This document shows, piece by piece, positions 13,461-23,810 of a stretch of DNA of 64,000 nt. The stretch is from positions 751,520-815,519 of the forward strand of contig MU004193.1 in assembly GCA_010093605.1 (NCBI GenBank). The letters run 5' to 3'. Below the pieces are notes generated by a model that was not told where the DNA came from, searched no databases, and saw only the letters and a program-made list of their open reading frames with translations. The DNA is from Lophium mytilinum. Taxonomy: Eukaryota. Both the position numbers and the translations under genes were made by a program. Every line of letters begins with the position of its first letter. The first letter of the stretch is position 1.

Positions 13461-13903
13461 TTAAAAGCCAAAAATATTTAACGACAGTCTTTGATAACGT
13501 GCCTTCGACGGCATGACTTCCCTTTTCATGTATCACCTACCGGTTGCATGTATCTTACTTTTGCCTCAACTTCATAGTAATGCTCCTCCCAATACCTCTG
13601 TGTAGCGCTAATGTCGCCGAGAATTGTCTCTCCACTCCTGCCTTGATTCCACGTGCATTTCACGACCGGGTGCCCGTAAGTCTAAAATCAGGTACCTCAT
13701 AACTCTGTATTGGGTTTAAGATGACGGCGTCAGGAGTGGCCCAGTGCTGGTTCCGGCTGCAAGAACTTCACTCCTAACTCGACCGCAATTCAGCTGCTTC
13801 TTCCATTACACTTCTAATTAGAGCTGATATACAGTGTCTGCTCAATATTCGAATGATCCTTGGTGGACACTTTTCGTAGGCCTCCAGTGCGTATCGTAAA
13901 CCT

Positions 13904-13988
13904 ACGACGCCGCGGAATCGAACTCGCAGAGAACAGACTTAGGGAGTATATCAAACGTCTCTGCTTTTATCCTTGAGGCCATGTACGT
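13904..13988 (-). tRNA. Degenerate tRNA-like sequence (probable pseudogene)
   Basis: Minus strand has TGGCC..GGATA (A-box-like), an AGAC/GTCT stem around a loop with a possible short intron, and GAGTTCGATTC (B-box). The acceptor stem pairs poorly. Confidence 0.3.
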
Positions 13989-14180
13989 GACCATTTCAAG
14001 CTTTTGACGACGCATCACAGGACCTAAAGTTCAAGTTTTGCAGACGCATCACATGACCTTGTTTAAAGTTCAAAATTTTGCAGACGCATCTTCAAACTTT
14101 TGCTGACGCATGTTGAACTTTGATCCGGCGTTTCAGATCTTTAACGATGCATCACATAACCTGGTTCAAACTGTGACAGA
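13976..14180 (+). repeat. Left arm of a long inverted repeat built from TTCAAA(C/G)TTT and GACGCATCACATGAC modules
   Basis: Repeated GACGCAT(C) modules, colinear with the reverse complement of 18990-19280. Confidence 0.85.
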
Positions 14181-14415
14181 CGATCATTCTCGATTCCGGC
14201 AGTAAGTGTTACTGAGAAAAGGCTGACAAGGAAATGAAGCTGTGGCTTAACCGGCTTGTTGCTTACTTTACGCGGATTTCTTCCAGAGTTGGAATGCCAC
14301 ATGCCATACGATCTCGGACAGTATCCCGTAACTCAGAAAGATCTGGGGTATCACTCGTTGCATAATTTCCAGAGATTCTTTTGAGGCTATGTAGCACCCG
14401 CTGATAATATTGCTT

Positions 14416-15979
14416 TTAGATCACGCTCTCCACGTCCGTCCCCTCCCTCCGGACGGAAAACTCTGTGGTCTTCAAAATTCCAGTGTCCCACTCCGCAGCC
14501 GGCCCTTCCTCTTCGCTCGCCACGTCATCTCCGCTTCCTCCACAGCTGTCATCGTGGACTACCAGCCCCCTCGTACTTCCATTCCGTATACTCCGGTTGG
14601 TTGTACTGTGGGAGAAGCCCGGATCCTCTGCAGACTTGGTCGATCTTATAACGTAAATATCTTCGACTTTGTCTCTAATACTGAGCTCTTTCAGCACGTG
14701 TGTACTGGTAGGTTCGCGAACGTATCCACGGCGGCTGCCTCGCCATCCCGACTCCCCTGGTGGAGGAGTTACTGATCCGAAAAGTCGGCCTTTGGCGAGG
14801 AAGTCTCGGAACAGTGGTCGCAGAGTGCCAACAGATGCTGCAAACAGTCCCAGTCCAGGTTCGATGGTGCCCCAAATTGACACATCAGCGACAGCGTACG
14901 TTATGTCGCCGCTCGTTTCTATGTGGTGGACATATGGCGTCCGGACGGCAGCTGCTATTCCTGCACTTGAGCAAGGTCAGTTCGTTTCTCTAAGATTGCT
15001 TCTTAAGTACCGGTCAGAGATTTGCTTTCACTCCCTTATCAAATCCCTGTGGTTCATTGAGAGTTGTATGCAAGTCTTTGGCCAGGCACGGTGACATCAG
15101 TCTCTCCGAGCCGTGAGAGTTCACTTACAGCATTCCCATTCCGAGCACTGCAATAATGGAGACCTTGTCTCTCGGCGTCAGACTAGATCCCCGGATAATA
15201 TACCACGGCAGAATGGCGAACGTGAAGTCCGCAATGACTGCATGACCAACATACACATACAGAATAATGGTCACTCCAGTTCCGTCGACGATGCACGTGC
15301 CATTTGTGGTGTGCAGAGGATTGTATCGCGTCCAGAAGTACTCGATTGGGCGGCACGAGAACATCATCAAAACAGTTGTGACCACAGTAAAGAGAACTGT
15401 GACCACTACTTGGGAGTAGATGATGTAGCGCTGGTATCGCTTTACTGCGATACGTAACAGTAGCGCACTGACAGAAAGCTTGACCAGGGCTGTGGTTGAA
15501 AAAAAGAATATATCATTGATGTAGAAGTCCTGCAGCAGCATTAGTTGGCTGACATCTGATACACAGCGTCGCGCAAGCGTACCTTGATCACCTGCTCAAC
15601 TTGACTTGGTGAAAGGTCGGAAACGTGTTTGGTAACACCATGCTTTATCGACTCGAATACAAAGCTGGTGTATATCGTAAAAAGCACCTATCAGATCGTC
15701 AACCATGCTTGCAGACTTGTGCAGGCGCTTAGAACAATGTTTTTAGAGTCCCTCAGATGGCGCCCAAGCGATTTGAGGTCGCAAATGATGAAGAGGGATG
15801 CGAGAAATGCAAAGCCTTTGCGTATGACCTACCAATGCGGCAACAGCAAGCCAGTCATCTAACCCAAAAGACCTGAGCATTCGCACTCGCACGTACGTCC
15901 GAAGCATCATCGACAGCCATGCCAGACTGAGGAACAGACTCGTTACCGCGGTGAGTTGCGGGCCTCGATTTTCCGCCAT
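14416..15979 (-). CDS. PTH11-like integral membrane protein (fungal rhodopsin domain, no CFEM), 4 exons
   Basis: Motifs LRTYVR..GLDDWLAVAAL, LVKLSVSALLLRI, SCRPIEYFW, ADFTFAILPWYI and SIWGTIEPGLGLFAASVGTLRPLF. GT-AG introns join the ORF pieces. Confidence 0.9.
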
Positions 15980-16927
15980 TTCGGTACTTATCTTAGACGC
16001 AGGGAAGGCTGGAAAACCGAAATCCAGCGCTCGGCCGCAAGTATATCTGGATTCTGATTTTTCATGGCATCTGACGGGCCCGGGAGGAATCCGTAAACTC
16101 TCTTCCCGGGCGGTCGTGGCTTGCTTTGACGGCGCTGTAAGTGGATGAACATAGCCCCTTTATTGACTTCTCTAACGTTCTCCAAGCCGCCGTCCTGCGT
16201 CAGGCCCTGAAACTAAGCAAAGTTTTCTAGGGTTCACACGTTGCTGCGTCTGTGCGGTGCTGGATCAGTGCCTGGTTCTCCGCATTCCCCACATTCATGC
16301 GGATCAACGCTCCAATCCTGACTGCTTTTGGACTCTCCATTGGAGAAAATTGTCTTCCCGCTAGGTGCCGTACAGGGGTCGGATCGTTTGACGAACCGAA
16401 CGGACTGATTTCTTACGTGCTCGCGGTGCAAAGTGTTCGCCTGCATAAACTTTGAACTGCCCGTCAGAAGAATCTTACTTGTCGGTATGCGAGCCAACGC
16501 CCGACTTCCACTCTGGAACATAGTGCTCACTATGTGGAGATGATCATCAAAAGGTATACACACCTTTTCCTATTGGTTGAGTTTCGCTATGTCGAATGCC
16601 TTCTCCGCAAATCCCCAGCCTGATGATTCTCACTATTTTGATCTTCCCTTTCCCCGCGAGCAGCGAATAAATATCCCATGTATATCAACCACCTACTAAG
16701 CTTCGTCCCTGTCATCGCCCTCCAGATTCCACTGCATTTCCGAAGCATTGCCTCCCCACATCGCCGAAGCATGAATATGTATCCCCACGGGGAAGCCTGG
16801 CTTTATGTAGTACCCCAGATACTTCAGCCCGGCACTTTCTTAAATACGCCTCAGGATCTAGACGTTAGGGCCCTAGTACCGGATACTCCCGACTATTCCC
16901 GGCCAAATCAAGAGCCGTTCAACCATC

Positions 16928-18779
16928 ATGGAGAAAGAAGAAGTACCGACCCCTGAGGCCCGTGGGTCCGGACCTGTGTCCGAGAATCATGAGCACGTGG
17001 AACACATCCCCGCCGATGTTTCGGACGCAGAATTCAAGTGGGATTTTGACATCATTGTGAATCTGGCTGCGCTCTATATCGTCTTCTTTGCGTCAACATG
17101 GATGTTGATCGTCCCCAGCTCTATTATTGGATTCATCACAGAAGCTTTCCCGACCGAAGCTGACAAGTCAGTATGGATTGCTACCGCGATCACCATATCG
17201 AACTGTGTTCTTTCGTCCTTTGTGGGGTTGCTCTCCGATATCCTAGGTAAGTGTGGTAGGTATCTTGAGTTCCTAGATGCAGCTAACGAATGCAGGCCGT
17301 AAGGTATTTGTCCTGATTGGCATGGTCTTGGGCTTGATAGGAACGCTTGTTTCCAGTCGAGCAAATGGCATGGAGCAGGTGATCGGAGGACAGGTACTCT
17401 CCGGCTGTGGCCTTACCATAGGATACCTTGCCATCGCCCTGACACAGGAGATCGTACCCAAAGACAAACGGCCCATCACACAAGCAATCACTGCTGTGGC
17501 CGCCGGAGTCGCGACCATCATAGGCCCCATTATCGGCGGCGCCTTTATCAAGCATGAAGTCGGAGGAGTAAACAACGGCTGGAGAGGGCCCTTCTACCTT
17601 GGAGCCGGTTTCTTCTTCATCGCCTTCTTCACAACGCTATTCTTCTACAACCCCGGACCCCGACCAAACCCAGAGAACCTCCCCATAAAGACCCGCCTCG
17701 CCCACGTCGACTGGCTTGGAATCTTCCTCGTCGCAGCCGGTCTGACACTCTTCCTAGTAGGCCTCTTCTACGGCGGAAACCCCGACAAATGGACCTCAGC
17801 ACGCGTCCTCGCGCCCCTTATCGTCGGCGCCATCCTCCTCATCATCTTCGGCATCTACGAATGGATCGGCACCAAGACCGGCCTGCTCGCCCACGTCCTC
17901 TTTAAGCACCGCAACTTTCCCATCGCCCTATCCCTCAACTTCGTCGGCGGCATCGTCCTCTTCGGCGGCCAAGCCTTCCTCCCCCAGGAAATCATCCAGC
18001 TCTACACCTCAGACGCGGTGCTGACCGGCGTGGACAACCTCCCCTTCAGCATCTCCGCCGTCGTCGGCGGCGCGCTCCTCTTCGTCGCCTTCCTCTTCAC
18101 CAAAAACGCAAAGCCCATCACCATCGTCAGCCTGAGCATCATCATCCTCGGCTCCGGGCTCATGGCCGTCATGGAGCCGCACATCAACTACGCCGCCTGG
18201 TTCTTCCCAACCGTCCTGCTCGGCCTCTCCGTCGGCCTGCAGACCGCCGTCGTGCCGCTCATCGTCAGCGTCTGCACCCCCAACCACGCCATCGGCACCG
18301 CCATCATGATCTCCAACTCCGCCCGCTCCTTCGGCGGCAGCATCGGCACCGTCATCTTCCAGCAAATCTTCGCGCACAAGATCAAGGAAATCCTGCCTAA
18401 GAAAGTCGTCCCCGCCGTGCTGAAAGCCGGGCTCCCCCAAACCTCCCTCCCCTCGCTGCTGGAGGCCTTCGCGGCGCAGAGCCAGGCGCTGATCGCGCAG
18501 GTGCCGGGTTTCACGCCGGCTGTCTACGCGGCGTTGACTAAGTCGGCGGCGAAGGCGTACGCGGATTCGTTCCGGTATATCTGGTATTCGCTGCTGGCGT
18601 TTGCGTGCGCGTGCACGATTCTGAGTTTCTTTTTGGAGTCGACGACGGCGATGATGACGCATGAGGTTGCGGCGCAGGTGGAGCATGGGCATCATCATAT
18701 TAATCCGCTGCATCATGAGCACCATGAGAATGGGCATCCGGAGCATAAGCATGATCATGAGCATAAGGAGGAGGTGTGA
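16928..18779 (+). CDS. MFS drug/toxin efflux-type transporter (TRI12/DHA2-like) with His-rich C-terminus
   Basis: Intron 17247-17295 joins LSDILG|RK (MFS motif A). Also GWRGPFY, DWLGIFL, many TM segments and AYADSFRYIW. Confidence 0.92.
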
Positions 18780-18989
18780 GGGGGGGAGGATAGGGATGTT
18801 GGTTACGAGGATATGACAGGCATTGCATAGTGAGAGCGGTTTGGAAGTCGGCGATTTGATAGCGAGTATGTACTTTGATATGATGATACCAGGAATGAAG
18901 TCGTTTGCTACGTGGATATTATCAGCGTCAAAGTTCTGATAGAAGTGTAACACTCCTCACATAGCGGTGCAAAGTTAAACCCTTTGACA

Positions 18990-19280
18990 AAACTCTGGAA
19001 ACGCGTCGTTAAAACTCTGAAAGCTGGTTTAAAGTTCAAACTGCGTCGTCAAAAGTTTGAACATGCGTCGTCCAAAGTTTATACCAAGTGAAACTTTGAA
19101 ATACGTCATGTGATGCATCGTCAAAACTTTGAAAGCTATTTCGTCAGAAGTTTGAAAATGCGTCGTCGAAACTTTGAACCAAGTGAAAGTTTGAAATACG
19201 TCATGTGATGCGTCGTCGAAAGTTTGGAAGCCGAGTTTGAAAATTGCGTGGGCGAAATCTTGAAGAAAGCTACGTGGCCT
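18990..19280 (-). repeat. Right arm of the long inverted repeat
   Basis: Repeated ATGCGTCGTC(G/A)AAA(C/G)TTTG modules and a duplicated CCAAGTGAAA(C/G)TTTGAAATACGTCATGTGATGC. Ends TACGTGGCCT, the inverse of AGGCCATGTA at 13976. Confidence 0.85.
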
Positions 19281-19800
19281 GTTTGCAAACCCCATTTATC
19301 ATTGCTGAGCGAGACCATGCACTTGAAGTATCAAGCTGGGGGCAGACGGACCGAAGAAGATGGGTGGTCCAGTGCCGAGTGGTAAGATATGAGTTCGGCC
19401 GATGGTTTATGGCCTAGACTCATAGGATGCTCGAGTGAGCGACGGTATCGTCTCTATGGGATACCTCAAATATCAACTTGAACTTCCGGTGCGAGCGGCG
19501 GTACGTGTAGAGTAACTTTCTTCATCACAGTGCTGGCTGTGTAAGACATAGATTGATATAGGCTAATCGAAAGTGCAAAGAAGCAGGTGACGTTCTAGAA
19601 ATGCGACGACAAGCATGAAAGAGGTATCAAAGCAGCGCACCTAGATCTGCGGTTTACAACATACAACAAAAGAAAGAGCTCAGCATTTCGCAGAAGTTGG
19701 AAGCTAGCACGTTTTTCTAAGTTATTCCTTGCGCTCATCGCTGGGCTCTTCTTGGATTGACCTTACGGAGTTAGCATATGGATCTAAAGGTACAGTTGTG

Positions 19801-20634
19801 CTAATTGGATGAATGACTCACTATTTGTCTCATCCAGCCAATAGCTGATTGGCAATTCTCTGCAGTTCGCACAAGTACCATTTGTACATGGTAAGAAACA
19901 CCCTCGTCCTCTCGACCACCATCATCCACTTGGTCACCTTCGGATGGGAAAATGACAATCGGGATGATGCTTGGTTTCTTGGACGGTCCGTAATGTATAC
20001 GATGTGGTTTTCGGTCCGCCAAGGCCATAAGATCTCCGGGCAGAAATAGGATTTGTTTCTGCTCTTCTAACGGGCTGTGGTCACTGTAATCTTCCCCCTT
20101 TGCACGATCTGGCGTAAGCAGTCCCGATGATGAAGAACGGCGTCTATTGCTTTGAGAGCTCGGACTTCTTTTCTTAGCTGATCGCTGTTGCCAATACAAC
20201 GCAGTTTCATTAACGTCCTCAAGTAAGGACGATTTTCTTTTCAACGATACATGTCGAACTCCAAGCTCAGGGTCGTCTATGACTTGGCTGAAGTACTGGG
20301 CACTCTTCTCAATGTCCTCGTCATTGAGCCGCCGGTTGAAGTCGAACCGAATATCTAGGTATGCGTTGTGGGGGTCTCGGAACTCGGGATTGGGAAGTTC
20401 AGAGGTCTTATTCTCCTTAGACAAGGGTTGTATATCGATGTGCTTTCGATTAGGGAACTCTCTGTTGAACAGGACTGGACGTTGGCCATCCCTGCCGAAA
20501 TTGGGTTCGGCTTCGATCATGTTTCTCAGTTCCTTGGTCGTGAATGTGGCTTTTGTACTTAGTTTCTTCAGTGCTATTATCAACGCGGATGTAAAGGAGT
20601 GCGGACCCGGGCGGGGGGTGGCCTGGCGTGACGC
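19801..20634 (-). pseudogene. 5'-truncated fragment of a probable caspase-like (peptidase C14-like) fungal protein
   Basis: The open frame starts right after a TGA with ASRQATPRPGPHSFTSALIIALKKL...FTTKEL...PNF...PVL, a motif I associate with the C-terminal part of fungal caspase-like domains. No upstream exons are evident. Confidence 0.45.
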
Positions 20635-20893
20635 TCAGTAGCTACGTAAGACGGAAGCTGATGCCGCATCTACGTACTCATACGTATGAAGCTGTATATA
20701 TCTACACGAATTGACGGTGTAGGTGCGGAGGAGGATGCCGAGCCTATAGATCAGATAGATCTACATGAGGATCTACGGGTTAAAGCTTCCTGAGGCCGTA
20801 GCCCGCAGTCAAATCCTAAGTGGACGATCTTTGGCCTCCACAGTACCTGTTCTTCTAGAATCTGGACGCGGTCGCAACTTCAATCGTTCTGTG

Positions 20894-21025
20894 ATGCCGT
20901 GGGATGAATGGAATGAGTTTGGATGCGATCTTAACGAGACCTTGGTGCTGAGCACGGCGGAGAAGATGGTACAGTATAGGTTGAGGGATTTAGGGTATCG
21001 TTTCCTGGGGGTGGATGATTGCTGG
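20894..21025 (+). pseudogene. Isolated N-terminal fragment of a GH27 alpha-galactosidase
   Basis: MPWDEWNEFGCDLNETLVLSTAEKMVQYRLRDLGYRFLGVDDCW matches the GH27 pattern MGWxxWNxFxC...LRDLGY...DDCW. The flanking translation is unrelated. Confidence 0.85.
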
Positions 21026-21149
21026 GGTGTGCTGGTGGTAGTGGTGTGGTACGGGATAAGGCTTTCTGGGTATAAAATTCGGCTTTGCAATAAGGCTTTG
21101 TTCAAGTCTCCTGAGGTCGATTCGATTGACGGATGGATGATCGGACGGG

Positions 21150-23018
21150 CTACTTGGCCACGCCAGTTTCGTGAAGGGTCGCCCGAGGTCCATACAGTGT
21201 CCCAATCTGCACGTTTCGCCAGCCTCCCGTCTTTAAATCGAAGAAGCTTCCCAAGCATCCCATGTTCAGGGACCGCAGTCGTCCTTCATACTCGTACCCG
21301 TACTGGCTCCTGCGATCATCGGCGCTCTCAAACGGAGAGACGGGACAGCTATCGAGATATCTCAACATGTTGGCTTTAGCTTGGAATGTTGTTAGAGAAT
21401 CCATAGACCAATATGGGTACCGTGGTTTGTGCCTGACAAGTACTGATGTGTGTGGTACGCCGGCAGTCTCTAGCGCTTCGCAGAGTGGTATAATCACGCG
21501 CTCGTCGTACCCCCTAATAGCAGAGAAGACCTGGCCGCTAAATATGATCTTGATATGCAGATCGCGATGGCCACGTTTGAGGAGGTCGGAGAGCAAGTCT
21601 ATCCATTTGCTGTAATTTCGCAAACTAGGCGCCCATGGTTCAAGCTGATCAATGAGCAGAAACCGTATGAGACTAAATTTAGCGTCCGGTATTCGGCTAA
21701 TCGTTTGTCGGATGCCGTCAAAAGAACCGGTTTGAAGAAAGAACTGATTACTGCCGTAGAAAACTTCCTTGGCGAGCGTAGACATGTGGTGACTAACGCT
21801 GAATAACGAGTTTGCGCTCCGATTGCACGTGCAAGTACTCGAGTATTGGTGGTCCTCGTTACAGGTACAGGAGCAGCACGGCATAGAGGTGTTGCATGTG
21901 TGGCAACATCCAGTAATCAAAGGTACCATGTGACCTCGACTGGATACACGTATGCCACGTGCATCTGAGGCTAGCTTTTGGAATGGCTCAACCTTATTCT
22001 TAAAGACCAGGCCGGTATGCGAGAGAATCATCAGTTGTACCTCCGTCGGAAGTTTGAGGAAGGGAAAGCCAGGGCTCGGTTTGTCGCTGTGTCCAGACGA
22101 CGTGGGATGTGATGGTTTTCTTGTAAGATCCTCGACTGTCGATCTCAAGAGCTTCGAGACTGTGGGTTTCACGCTCTCTGAGAGGTCTCTACGATTCCCA
22201 GCCTTCAACCTGAGGTTTCTGAGTCCAGGAGTCTTCAGAGCTTTGAGAGGGGCTAGGAGCGCCTCAAGCGTGGGTATATCCTTGATAGAAAACTCCACTC
22301 CCAAGTCGAGCTCGTGAAGCGTACAGTATTTTCCCAGTTGCCGACACAAGTCTTGCCATGGCTCCAAGCATCTTAAAAAGGCGCGCTGGTCTGAATGGGA
22401 ACCCCGAGCATGACTCAATTTGGGTGATCTTGAACGCATCAAGAACACATGCAAAAATCTGAGTGCAGCCAAAGCCCGGACGCTGAGTTGCTGAAAGATT
22501 TCCATACTCCGCCAATCGTGTGAGGCCACCGAAAAGACGTTTTCCCCGTAGAGTATATCAGTACCCTCCCTGTTGAACTTGCGACAGACAAGAAGTATTG
22601 ACGTTGGAAATCGCTCATGACCGCAACCATAGACTTTCCTTCTGTCGCCGAGTCGAAATATGCTAGACAACGCTGTCGGCACAGACTCGCACGCGCAAGA
22701 GTCATCGGAATCGTACTGATACTCCGAATCGTACTGATACTCTAAATCGTACTGATACAATGCGTTATGTCGCCATGTAACGCACGTGTCGTGATATTTT
22801 CCACTTAGGTCTTCGAGTTCATGTCCCATTTCCCGAATCTGCTCGTAGAACCTGTCAGTCGAACTTGTACAGACACGCCCTTCTTCGTGAGCCAAGCTGA
22901 TCGGGCATGTCCGCACCAATCCGACTTTTCGAAAGATTTGTGCTCGAATTTCGGCCGGGAGGCCTAGCAGTGTCGCGCGTGGTTTGGGCTCACGCATGGC
23001 TCCTAAATCGTCGGTCAT
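21150..23018 (-). CDS. Hypothetical protein with two F-box-like/DUF7730-like modules
   Basis: Long single-exon ORF containing LLGLPAEIRAQIF...SILLVCRKFNREGTDILYGENVF and FPFLKLPTEVQLMIL...SLFSVSHHMSTLAKEVFYGSNQF. The start is uncertain (first ATG used). Confidence 0.8.
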   Translation of the reverse strand: MTDDLGAMREPKPRATLLGLPAEIRAQIFRKVGLVRTCPISLAHEEGRVCTSSTDRFYEQIREMGHELEDLSGKYHDTCVTWRHNALYQYDLEYQYDSEYQYDSDDSCACESVPTALSSIFRLGDRRKVYGCGHERFPTSILLVCRKFNREGTDILYGENVFSVASHDWRSMEIFQQLSVRALAALRFLHVFLMRSRSPKLSHARGSHSDQRAFLRCLEPWQDLCRQLGKYCTLHELDLGVEFSIKDIPTLEALLAPLKALKTPGLRNLRLKAGNRRDLSESVKPTVSKLLRSTVEDLTRKPSHPTSSGHSDKPSPGFPFLKLPTEVQLMILSHTGLVFKNKVEPFQKLASDARGIRVSSRGHMVPLITGCCHTCNTSMPCCSCTCNEDHQYSSTCTCNRSANSLFSVSHHMSTLAKEVFYGSNQFFLQTGSFDGIRQTISRIPDAKFSLIRFLLIDQLEPWAPSLRNYSKWIDLLSDLLKRGHRDLHIKIIFSGQVFSAIRGYDERVIIPLCEALETAGVPHTSVLVRHKPRYPYWSMDSLTTFQAKANMLRYLDSCPVSPFESADDRRSQYGYEYEGRLRSLNMGCLGSFFDLKTGGWRNVQIGTLYGPRATLHETGVAK

Positions 23019-23339
23019 TCCGGCAAAGGCCTGGAAGTATGGTGAGGTTTTAGGTAGGTCGGTTACTTTGAAGCTTGGTTCCACGGTGGTCTTTTGGTGT
23101 GAAGTAGGTCTCGGTGTCCTTAGAACTACACTGTGAGCTGCGATTAAGTTTAACTAGAGCTAAGAGCAGGCGGTGTAAAGTACGTTCCAGGAGCCGGGAG
23201 ACCCAAGTTGAGTGCCGTCGATCTTCGGTAGTTAGATGTCGTGGTGGTGTGTGTAGGTAACGTGGTAGCCTTGGTAGCCTGGTAATAGTGGTCGCTGACT
23301 CACCCATTCTCCTAGACTGGCGACTGGAATACTATATTT

Positions 23340-23810
23340 ACCGCCCCCGCCTCCGATCGCGTTAATTTATTCTACACTAAACACTATATTATAAAAAGAG
23401 GTAGTTTACTAGATATGCTAGTTTAAAGTCTATCCTAGTAATATTAGACTATTTTAATTGGTCTTTCCCTGCGGGCATTAGTCGGATGCTTCTTCTAAAG
23501 TGCTATACTTACTATCTCCGCCTCCGGCCACTCTATATTATTCTACACCTAAAGCTATATTATAAAACGGGGTGGATAGCTCTATAAGCTAGTTTAGTCT
23601 ATATCCTGATAATATTAGACTATTCCAATTAGTGAGGACGCGATTTGCCCGGCGAAGTAGTATTTTTGAGGATATCCTGGAACCGTAAAACCTCCGCCTC
23701 ATCGGTCTAGCGGTGGGTATTATGGTACTCCACACTTTTTGTGGCCATCTATGAATGTAGCTATTCTAATATACTATTATTAATTTAATAGTGCAGCTAC
23801 GTAGTATCCA
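23340..23810. repeat. Small RIP-like tandem repeat island (~171-176-bp unit, ~2.5 copies)
   Basis: CCGCCTC at 23347, 23518 and 23694. CTATATTATAAAA at 23384 and 23555. TAATATTAGACTATT is duplicated, and the region is locally TA-rich. Confidence 0.75.

Noticed and set aside
13570..13900. Possible further MITE copy (CGTCAGGAGTGGCCCA at ~13728)
   Set aside because: Only a short block matches, and no termini could be placed.
17600..18779. High-GC MFS gene as horizontal transfer
   Set aside because: The same C-ending then G/T-ending codon pattern occurs in core genes here (atg17, GH31), and the gene has a normal fungal intron.
18009..18953. 314-aa antisense ORF and similar shadow ORFs over sconB, atg17, rio1 and GH31
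   Set aside because: These are expected by-products of codon bias on the opposite strand of real genes.
18990..19318. Repeat array as a CRISPR array, or ORFs 19029-19295 and 19136-19318 as genes
   Set aside because: The context is eukaryotic, there are no unique spacers or cas genes, and the ORFs are translations of the repeat modules.
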